From contig JAHAZM010000007.1 in the NCBI GenBank assembly GCA_018385275.1, positions 1 through 12,887 of the forward strand: a stretch of 12,887 nt of DNA, read 5' to 3'. The position numbers and the translations under genes are program-made. Shown piece after piece: positions 1 through 6,467 of this stretch. The first letter of the stretch is position 1. Each line of letters starts with the position of its first letter. The DNA is from Eubacteriales bacterium (GTDB lineage: Bacteria > Bacillota > Clostridia > Christensenellales > MB2-83). Under the pieces are notes generated by a model. That model made no database searches. It worked only from the letters and a program-made list of their open reading frames with translations, and had not been told where the DNA came from.

Positions 1-285
1 TCCCGGCTTTTCCGACCGAAGTCCGGAATCTTCCGCGGTTCCGTCCGAACCCCGGAACCGCTGTCCCGGCTTTCCGTACGGGGTACGGAATCTTCCGCGG
101 TTCCGTCCGAACTGCGGAAAGGCAGACCCGGCTTTCCGTACGGGGTACGGAATCTTCCGCGGTTCCGTCCGAACAACGGAAAGGCAGACCCGGCTTTTTC
201 GTGCGGGGTACGGAATCTTCCGCGGTTCCGTCCGAACAACGGAAAGGCAGACCCGGCTTTTCCGACCGAACCGAGGAATCGCTCG
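1..285. repeat. Tandem array of about 4.5 copies of a 62/63-bp unit (unit boundaries at 1, 64, 127, 189, 252). The first and last units are variant (cccggcttttccgaccgaa...). The window may start inside the array.
   Basis: Direct reading: the core ggaatcttccgcggttccgtccgaac is conserved in units 1-4. Each unit contains the palindrome ccgtacgg, the inverted repeat cggaa-tc-ttccg, and ttccg-N9-cggaa. The 7-bp stem cggaaag/ctttccg spans unit junctions. Mixed 62 and 63 bp periods, so not coding. Confidence 0.85.
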
Positions 286-342
286 AATAATTCACAAAGC
301 GACAGCGTATATTCTACCGAAACAGAAAGCAGGAGGGTTCTT

Positions 343-1806
343 ATGGAGCAATTCGATCTGTACGCCGACATGGCGCGCCGCAGCGGCGGAGATATTTATA
401 TCGGCGTGGTGGGGCCCGTGAGAACGGGCAAATCAACTTTTATCAAACGGTTCATGGATCTGTTCGTACTGCCCGCGGCGGCGCCCGGGCCGGCGCGCGA
501 CCGGATGACCGACGAGCTTCCGCAGAGCGGCGCGGGGCGTACGATCATGACCACGCAGCCGAAATTCGTGCCCAGCGAGGCGGCGGAGCTGAAACTGCGC
601 GACGGCGTGAGCTGCCGCGTGAGGCTCGTGGACTGCGTGGGCTACATGGTCGACGGAGCGCTCGGCCATACGGAAAACGACGAGCCGCGCATGGTGACGA
701 CGCCGTGGTCGGAGGAGGATATTCCGTTTGAGGAAGCGGCTGAGATCGGCACGCGCCGCGTCATCACCGAGCACGCGACCGTGGGCGTGCTGGTGACGAC
801 CGACGGCAGTTTCACCGGGATCGCGCGGGAAGCCTACGTGCCGGCGGAAGAGCGCGTCGTGCGCGAAATGCGCGCGCTGGGCAAGCCTTTCATCGTCCTG
901 CTCAACACCTCCGCGCCCGGCGGCGAGGAAGCGCGCGAGCTGGCGGCCCGGCTGGAGGAGCGCTACGGCGTGACCGTCATCGCCGCCGACGTCACGGCGC
1001 TCGAGTCTGACGATCTGCATTATCTGCTCGAAAAACTGCTGCTGGAGTTCCCGGTCACGGAGCTGCGCGTGCGTCTGCCGCGCTGGGTGCGCGCTCTGCC
1101 GCAGAGCCACGAGCTGCCGCGGCGTCTCTGCGACGGGCTTTTCGCCGCGTCGGAGGGGGTCGCGCGGATGCGGGACGCCGAGGCGATGGTCGAACGCTTC
1201 GGGCCCGGACTGCAGCTCGAAACGCTCGATCTTTCCACCGGCGTGGCGACTTATGCCGCCGAGATCGGCCGGGAGACGTTCTATCGCGTGCTGAGCGAGG
1301 AATGCGGCGCCGAGGTGGCCGACGACTTTGCCCTGATGAGCATGATGAAGCAGCTCGTGCACGCCAAACGCGAGTACGACCGTATCGCGCCGGCGCTCGA
1401 GGCCGTCAGGAACGACGGTTACGGGCTGGTGGCGCCCTCGATGGAGGAGCTGACGCTGGACGAGCCGGAGATCGTCCGGACCGGCGGGCGTTACGGCGTG
1501 CGCCTGCGCGCCAGCGCGCCGTCGCTGCATCTGATCCGCGTGGACATCAATACCGAGATCTGCCCGGTCATCGGCAGCGAAAAGCAGTCCGAGGAAATGC
1601 TGCGCTATCTGCTCAGCGAATTCGAGAGCGATCCGAGCGGCATCTGGGAGAGCAATATTTTCGGCAAGACGCTCAACGAGCTGGTGCGCGAAAGCCTGGC
1701 CGGCAAGCTGATGCACATGCCGGCGGAGATCCGCACGAAGGTGGCCAATACGCTCTCGCGCGTCATCAACGAGGGCAGCGGCGGTCTGCTGTGCATCCTG
1801 CTTTAG
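343..1806 (+). CDS. spoIVA: Stage IV sporulation protein A (SpoIVA), a spore-coat basement-layer ATPase.
   Basis: 487 aa. The N-terminus MEQFDLYADMARRSGGDIYIGVVGPVRTGKSTFIKRFM (Walker A GPVRTGKST) and the C-terminus NEGSGGLLCILL are near-colinear with B. subtilis SpoIVA (MEKVDIFKDIAERTGGDIYLGVVGAVRTGKSTFIKKFM...NEGSGGLIAIIL). The RBS aggaggg lies 5 nt upstream of the ATG. Confidence 0.93.
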   Translation: MEQFDLYADMARRSGGDIYIGVVGPVRTGKSTFIKRFMDLFVLPAAAPGPARDRMTDELPQSGAGRTIMTTQPKFVPSEAAELKLRDGVSCRVRLVDCVGYMVDGALGHTENDEPRMVTTPWSEEDIPFEEAAEIGTRRVITEHATVGVLVTTDGSFTGIAREAYVPAEERVVREMRALGKPFIVLLNTSAPGGEEARELAARLEERYGVTVIAADVTALESDDLHYLLEKLLLEFPVTELRVRLPRWVRALPQSHELPRRLCDGLFAASEGVARMRDAEAMVERFGPGLQLETLDLSTGVATYAAEIGRETFYRVLSEECGAEVADDFALMSMMKQLVHAKREYDRIAPALEAVRNDGYGLVAPSMEELTLDEPEIVRTGGRYGVRLRASAPSLHLIRVDINTEICPVIGSEKQSEEMLRYLLSEFESDPSGIWESNIFGKTLNELVRESLAGKLMHMPAEIRTKVANTLSRVINEGSGGLLCILL

Positions 1807-1846
1807 GGCGGAGAGAACGAAGGAAAAAAGAAAAGAAGCGCGCTTT

Positions 1847-1888
1847 GAGCCGGGGGACGGGGAACCTCGGCTCGGCGTGTTTTTCTTT
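1847..1888 (+). terminator. Possible weak intrinsic terminator after spoIVA.
   Basis: gagccg (1847-1852) pairs with cggctc (1868-1873) around a 15-nt loop. Six nt later comes tttttcttt (1880-1888). The stem is imperfectly placed relative to the T-run. Confidence 0.3.
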
Positions 1889-2036
1889 GGGAAAAGAGGC
1901 TTTTTTCGTCATACTTTTATGCATTTTCACACTGTATATACAGAGAGGCGGCCCCCTATATCTTGACGCGGCCTCGCGGTTCCCTACAAGATGTTGAAAA
2001 CGGAGAAAGCCTGTTCGCCTCCGGCATACGGACGGT

Positions 2037-2128
2037 TTATCCACAGGAGTTTTGTGAAAAACCTCAAAACACCCGAGAACAACAGGGCGTTTGCGGGGTT
2101 ATCCACAGTTTTCTGCACAATATCCACA
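2037..2128 (+). promoter_or_regulatory. Cluster of three same-orientation DnaA-box-like 9-mers: TTATCCACA 2037-2045, TTATCCACA 2099-2107, aTATCCACA 2120-2128.
   Basis: Two exact matches and one 8/9 match to the canonical DnaA box TTATCCACA within 92 bp of an AT-richer 650-bp intergenic region. Each is followed by G (TATCCACAG). Confidence 0.45.
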
Positions 2129-2367
2129 GGCGTTCGTTTTGTCGTAACAAATGAATTTTTAAAACCTGTTCATCTGCGCATACGTCGGTTTTGTGTGAGG
2201 ATCCTGTCAAAAATGAATACTTTTCACACCGGCGCGATCGGGACCGTACGGCGGTTTTTGTGACGGAGCGTTCAACGCGGCCCCGTTATCGTTTCCTTGT
2301 AAAACAGGATTTTTTCATCAGCGGAAAGAGCGGATTCACCAAAAAAGAAGAAACCTCCGGTTTACTA

Positions 2368-2396
2368 TTGAAAAAAGCGTGACGATATAGTATAAT
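2368..2396 (+). promoter_or_regulatory. Sigma-A-type promoter: TTGAAA (2368-2373), 17-nt spacer, TATAAT (2391-2396).
   Basis: Hexamers and spacing read directly. Located 58 nt upstream of the ATG at 2455. The RBS aggagg is at 2441-2446. Confidence 0.6.
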
Positions 2397-2454
2397 ATAA
2401 TCATAATCAAGGACTTTTGTCCCGGAAAAGAAAGGAAACAGGAGGAAAAAGAAA

Positions 2455-3435
2455 ATGAAAAGAGTTCTCACGATCCTTTTGGCGCTGGCTTGCCTGCTCG
2501 CCGTTCTGACGGCGGGCGCAGCGGCAGAAGGAGAAGAGCGCTGGGAGGTCGTCGCGGTCATAGGCGACGTAGCGACGTATACGGCGGAGGATCTGGTCAA
2601 GGGCAACGACGGGCTGTGGTTTGCCTGCGAGATACCGGACGTGAACGTGGCCGACATCGTTTCGCTCGAGAACGTGGACGGCGTGCCGATGATGGCCATT
2701 CAGCTGCCCCAGTCCAGCGGCTACTATATCCACTCGCATCACGGCATGTATCCGAACAAGGTGGATTATACCCAGTACAACGCCGGCTATATGCGTATCC
2801 GCGTCAAGAACGGAGAGGAAGCGCTGCTGTTTCGTCCCCGTCTGGGCAACAATACCGGAGAAGCCGAGGGATACATCCTCTTCACGGATATGTGGACCGA
2901 GGATCTGACGGGAGAGGAAGCTTCCTACTCCGGAGGCGGCACGGGTTATGACATCGAGATCGAGAGCAATTTCGACGGCTGGCTCTATATATCGCTCGAC
3001 CCCGATACGTTCCTGAGCGGCGGCGGCTCGGAAGACATGCTGGATCCGGCGACCTGGACGGGCCTGTTCAATATGGTGTACTGGTTCACGGCTATTGACG
3101 ACGACGAGTTCGTCAACAATACGTTCTGTTTCGGCAATATCGAGCTGATTAATGAAAACGGCCCCGTCGCCACGGCCACGCCGGCCCCGACGCCCACGCC
3201 GACTCCGGTTCCGGCCACGCAGGCTCCGACCGAGGCTCCGACGCAGGCTCCGACCGAAGCGCCGACCGAGGCTCCGACCGAGGCTCCGACGCAGGCCCCG
3301 ACGGACGCTCCCGCGACGGCGACCCCGGCTCCGGCCGCCGAGGGCGGGAACCTGACCTGGCTCTACATCGTCATCGGCGCGGTCGTCATAGCCGCGATCG
3401 TGGTCGCGATCCTGCTGGGCAAAAAGAAGAAATAA
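2455..3435 (+). CDS. Type-I membrane-anchored surface protein. It has an N-terminal signal peptide, an unknown ectodomain of about 215 aa, a Pro/Thr/Ala-rich linker, and a C-terminal TM helix with a KKKK stop-transfer.
   Basis: MKRVLTILLALACLLAVLTAGAAA is a signal peptide. The linker TPAPTPTPTPVPATQAPTEAPTQAPTEAPTEAPTEAPTQAPTDAP is low-complexity. LTWLYIVIGAVVIAAIVVAILLGKKKK is a hydrophobic anchor with a basic tail. A good RBS and promoter are present. The ectodomain is not recognised. Confidence 0.8.
   Translation: MKRVLTILLALACLLAVLTAGAAAEGEERWEVVAVIGDVATYTAEDLVKGNDGLWFACEIPDVNVADIVSLENVDGVPMMAIQLPQSSGYYIHSHHGMYPNKVDYTQYNAGYMRIRVKNGEEALLFRPRLGNNTGEAEGYILFTDMWTEDLTGEEASYSGGGTGYDIEIESNFDGWLYISLDPDTFLSGGGSEDMLDPATWTGLFNMVYWFTAIDDDEFVNNTFCFGNIELINENGPVATATPAPTPTPTPVPATQAPTEAPTQAPTEAPTEAPTEAPTQAPTDAPATATPAPAAEGGNLTWLYIVIGAVVIAAIVVAILLGKKKK
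3172..3345 (+). repeat. In-frame 12-nt period repeats (gaggctccgacc, encoding TEAP/TQAP) that make up the PT linker of the 2455..3435 gene.
   Basis: Direct reading of the iterated caggctccgaccgaggctccgacgcaggctccgacc. Confidence 0.7.
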
Positions 3436-3453
3436 TTTCAGCGTTCCGTAATC

Positions 3454-3484
3454 AAAAGAGACCGAGCGATCGGTCTCTTTTTTT
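3454..3484 (+). terminator. Intrinsic terminator: 8-bp perfect stem gagaccga/tcggtctc, loop gcga, then T7.
   Basis: Stem 3458-3465 and 3470-3477, T-run 3478-3484. Located 20 nt after the stop at 3435. Confidence 0.75.
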
Positions 3485-3611
3485 GCGCGGACGGGCGCTG
3501 ACCGCCGCCGGAAAAGCGGGCGGAACGAACGGACGGCGGGGGGATGCGGGCCGATGTATATTTCGACGTAAAATCGCGGAACGGCGAAGGATTTTTTCCG
3601 TTTTTCGGGGG

Positions 3612-3640
3612 TTGATAAACACGCCTCGCTGTGTTAGAAT
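3612..3640 (+). promoter_or_regulatory. Sigma-A-type promoter with extended -10: TTGATA (3612-3617), 17-nt spacer, tgtTAGAAT (3632-3640).
   Basis: Hexamers and spacing read directly. Located 60 nt upstream of the ATG at 3702. Confidence 0.55.
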
Positions 3641-3701
3641 ATTCCTGACAATATTCCAGTCGAAAACAACCGCCGCGCCCGCGGTAAAAAGGAGAATGAG
3701 C

Positions 3702-6227
3702 ATGAAAACGATGTCCTATCAGATCCCGTACCTGAACGGGGAAGCTTTTGACAACGCCGCGCGCTATCCGCGCGTTTACCGCATCATGAGCCCGCGCTAC
3801 ACGCTGTTTCTGGACAACGAGCTGGCGCAGGTGAGGCGTTACGTGCCCGCGCCGGACGCCGAATGGGACAGCGGGACGGATTTCGAGACCGCGTTTGCCG
3901 TTGAGCATCACGGTCGGGTATACGAAGCCGATCACATGGCCACGGGAGAAAAGACCGGCAACACCCGCGTCATCGAGGAGGGTCACAGCTGTATCCGCAC
4001 GGATATGGAGATGCTGCGCTATGGGGACGACGAGCGTTTCAGCGGCGCGCTGGAGGTCGTGGCCTATCCGGAGTATTTCGCGATGAATTACGAGGTGCGT
4101 TCCGCCGTCGATATTACGGGCCTGACGCTGAAGATGTCCGTGCGCCTGAAGGGGCGAAAGATCGTGCGCGTGGGCCGCGACCGGCTGGTGGCCGCCGACG
4201 GCAAAGGCAACAATCTGATTTTCGCCTCGTTCGATCCGGCGGTGACCCTGCGGGCCGCGGGCGAGGACACGGTGGAGCTCACGCGGAAGCGCGTGGCTGT
4301 TCCGGCCAAGCACTACGATCACGCCGGGCTCGTCGTGATCCCGACGAAGAATACGGGCTTTACGGACGTGAAAAAGGTCTTCGCCCTCAACGACGGCCTT
4401 TCCGTCACGGCGCACATGACTTCTCCCGAGGACAGCGTGCCGGCCGTGACGCGCGATATTTACGGCAACTGCCGCATCGACATTACGCCGAAGACGTGGG
4501 ACGCCGACGTCACGAGTACGTACGAGGCGCGCAACCGCTATCAGAAGATGGATTTCACCGTCCGCAACGATTCGGATCGCGACGTGCTGGTGCCGGTCTG
4601 CTTTGCCTACGGCCGCGAGAACACCTATCGCACGCGCATTCCGATCACGGGTCTGAGCCCGATGATCCGCCGCGGCGGCGTGCCCTGCGGCATCCAGGTG
4701 CAGCTGAGCAAAACCTGGGACGGCTGCGCCAACGACGAGTATGTTTACGACGATCCGAGCTTGCTCAAGCAGGGCTACTGGATGAGAGCGACGGCGCTGA
4801 TCCCCGCGCCGCGTCACAGCGAGGAGCGGTACGAATACTTCTGCGCGTTTGAAAACTACGGCGGCGTCGCGGCCGTTCAGCACGCGCAGCTGGGTCTGAT
4901 GGGATGGGGCGGCAGCCAGCGGCAATGGCATCAGCTGGCGCTGGGCTCCCACGGAGAGACCATCTGCTACTCGGTGCAGGGCGGAGGCGTGATGCAGGAT
5001 ATCCGCGGTCTGTACGTCAGATCCGCGCACGGCGGCATGAAGGAGTACAACTGGTCCGGCAACGTCGGCGGCGGGGATTTCCTGATCTACATGGAGCCGG
5101 ACGAAAGCCCGATCATTACCTGGCCGAACAACCCCCGCAACGACGTGGCCGACACGGTCACGCATTACCGCGCGCAGTGCCCGATCCTGACGGATGTGAC
5201 CTACGTCGGGCATACCCGCGACGGCCGGATCGACGCGTCGTACAACGTCATGCTCGGTTCGACCGACGACGCGGCGCGCCATTATCACGTGCTGCGCTAT
5301 GATTTCCGTCAGGACACGCCGTTCGCGCGGCTGAGCTTCTACTCTCATCCGTCTGAGCGTTACGCGCCGCCCTGCCAGAGAAAGCTGGCTTTCGGCGCCG
5401 ACGATCGCGAGCCGCGCGTGCGTCATCTGCGCGGGAAACCGGATCATTACCGCGCGCCGTCGTTTAAGGGTCTGCATTTCCCGGCCGGCCGGTTCCCGTG
5501 GGCCATGGCCTACGACGCGGATTTCCTGCGCTGCGAGCCGGGCATGGATTACAACAGGATCAAGGAAGGGCCTTTCCGTCAGTCCAACCTCAACACGCTG
5601 ATGATCGTGCGCGAGCTGCACGGACGCGTCAACGGCAAACGCCTCACGAAGCTGGACTATAACCTTTTCGACATCAATACCTGGGGTCTGCACAGCTTCG
5701 GCTACGAGCTGGTGCTGCCGAAGAAATTCGGCGACGTCGTCCGCGCCGGAAGCTGGATCGAGATGACCGTCGAGCTCGTCGTCCTGCCGGCCGATCCGGG
5801 CGCGTACTACGGCGACAGCGAGATCATTACGGATAACCTGGACAAGCTCAACAGCCCCGCGATCGCGCCGGTCTTCGTCATGGGCAACGCGCTCGAGGTC
5901 ACGGCCGAGGTCGGCCGCGTCACGCGCACCTATCCGCCGCGGATCCGCTGCGCGTCCGGAGAGGAAGCGGCCAGGTTCCGCCTGCGCGGCGGACTGGGAT
6001 ACACGCCGATCACGTTTACGGGCATCAAGGCCGATCCGGCCAAACTGCAGCTGCAGGTGCTGGTCAAAGGCAAGTTCCGTCCCGTTTATAAGGAAAATCC
6101 CACCGGCGAGGAGGGCGACGACGTGCAGATCATGGCCACGGACAAGGGCTTCGACGCCGTCTACGCCGTCAAGAACGCGCGCTTCAACGCCGGCGACAAC
6201 GTCTATCGCCTCGTCGTGAAAGACTGA
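3702..6227 (+). CDS. Hypothetical protein of 841 aa. It has no signal peptide or TM segment, is rich in W/Y/N/D, and no family is recognised.
   Basis: The tracked ORF 3483..6227 has a diverse, protein-like composition. The best start is ATG 3702 (MKTMSYQIPYLNGE), behind aaaaaggag with a 7-nt spacer. The start is uncertain within 3696-3711. The antisense ORF 3438..6392 is a low-complexity shadow. Confidence 0.8.
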   Translation: MKTMSYQIPYLNGEAFDNAARYPRVYRIMSPRYTLFLDNELAQVRRYVPAPDAEWDSGTDFETAFAVEHHGRVYEADHMATGEKTGNTRVIEEGHSCIRTDMEMLRYGDDERFSGALEVVAYPEYFAMNYEVRSAVDITGLTLKMSVRLKGRKIVRVGRDRLVAADGKGNNLIFASFDPAVTLRAAGEDTVELTRKRVAVPAKHYDHAGLVVIPTKNTGFTDVKKVFALNDGLSVTAHMTSPEDSVPAVTRDIYGNCRIDITPKTWDADVTSTYEARNRYQKMDFTVRNDSDRDVLVPVCFAYGRENTYRTRIPITGLSPMIRRGGVPCGIQVQLSKTWDGCANDEYVYDDPSLLKQGYWMRATALIPAPRHSEERYEYFCAFENYGGVAAVQHAQLGLMGWGGSQRQWHQLALGSHGETICYSVQGGGVMQDIRGLYVRSAHGGMKEYNWSGNVGGGDFLIYMEPDESPIITWPNNPRNDVADTVTHYRAQCPILTDVTYVGHTRDGRIDASYNVMLGSTDDAARHYHVLRYDFRQDTPFARLSFYSHPSERYAPPCQRKLAFGADDREPRVRHLRGKPDHYRAPSFKGLHFPAGRFPWAMAYDADFLRCEPGMDYNRIKEGPFRQSNLNTLMIVRELHGRVNGKRLTKLDYNLFDINTWGLHSFGYELVLPKKFGDVVRAGSWIEMTVELVVLPADPGAYYGDSEIITDNLDKLNSPAIAPVFVMGNALEVTAEVGRVTRTYPPRIRCASGEEAARFRLRGGLGYTPITFTGIKADPAKLQLQVLVKGKFRPVYKENPTGEEGDDVQIMATDKGFDAVYAVKNARFNAGDNVYRLVVKD

Positions 6228-6257
6228 ACGGCGGCAAGAAAGGGCCCGGGAAAGGCA

Positions 6258-6383
6258 GTAAGCGAAGCGTCTGCTGTAAGCGAAGCGTCCGCAGTAAGCG
6301 AAGCGTCCGCAGTAAGCGGAGCGTCTGCTGTAAGCGAAGCGTCTGCTGTAAGCGGAGCGTCTGCTGTAAGCGGAGCGTCTGCT
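6258..6383. repeat. Seven head-to-tail copies of an 18-bp unit, gtaagcg[a/g]agcgtc[tgct/cgca]. The unit pattern is A,B,B,C,A,C,C.
   Basis: Direct reading. The array lies between the stop at 6227 and the collagen-like gene at 6468. Confidence 0.9.
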
Positions 6384-6427
6384 GGGAACCATTTTCGCGC
6401 GCAGGGAATAGACTGAACAGGAAGACG

Positions 6428-6467
6428 CCTCCTACATAACCCAAAAGGGCTATGTAGGAGGTTTTTT
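6428..6467 (+). promoter_or_regulatory. Strong hairpin (11-bp perfect stem cctcctacata/tatgtaggagg, inner ccc/ggg) followed by T6. The 3' arm contains the GGAGG Shine-Dalgarno of the 6468 gene. It is a terminator-like, SD-sequestering structure.
   Basis: Arms at 6428-6438 and 6451-6461, T-run 6462-6467, ATG 6468. A partial SigK-like AC-16nt-CATAaccCA motif lies at 6417-6443. Confidence 0.5.

Noticed and set aside
1-285. Considered whether the 62-bp array is a CRISPR array.
   Set aside because: The units are directly contiguous with no unique spacers, the unit is too long and imperfect, and no cas genes are nearby. The same applies to the 18-bp array at 6258-6383.
306-340. Possible SigE promoter (gtatatt ... 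) just upstream of the spoIVA RBS.
   Set aside because: The -35-like ATATT is only about 30 nt from the ATG, with no acceptable CATACA-T -10 at the right spacing. The real spoIVA promoter is probably inside or upstream of the repeat array, or upstream of the window.
433-1716. 427-aa minus-strand ORF and the 231-aa, 72-aa and 63-aa ORFs inside spoIVA.
   Set aside because: These are antisense or alternate-frame shadows of an unambiguous SpoIVA coding sequence. They are Arg/His/Ala-rich with no start signals.
1991-2382. Small ORFs (63-92 aa) in the 1807-2454 intergenic region on both strands.
   Set aside because: They have no RBS and an odd composition, and they overlap each other. The region is AT-richer non-coding DNA carrying DnaA boxes and promoter elements.
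3438-6392. 984-aa ORF on the minus strand overlapping the 841-aa plus-strand gene.
   Set aside because: Arg/Ala/Gly-dominated, with low-complexity RRSAYS and QQTLRL repeats (it reads the 18-bp array as protein). There is no RBS. It is the classic antisense shadow ORF of a high-GC coding region. The plus-strand partner has a promoter, an RBS and a normal composition.
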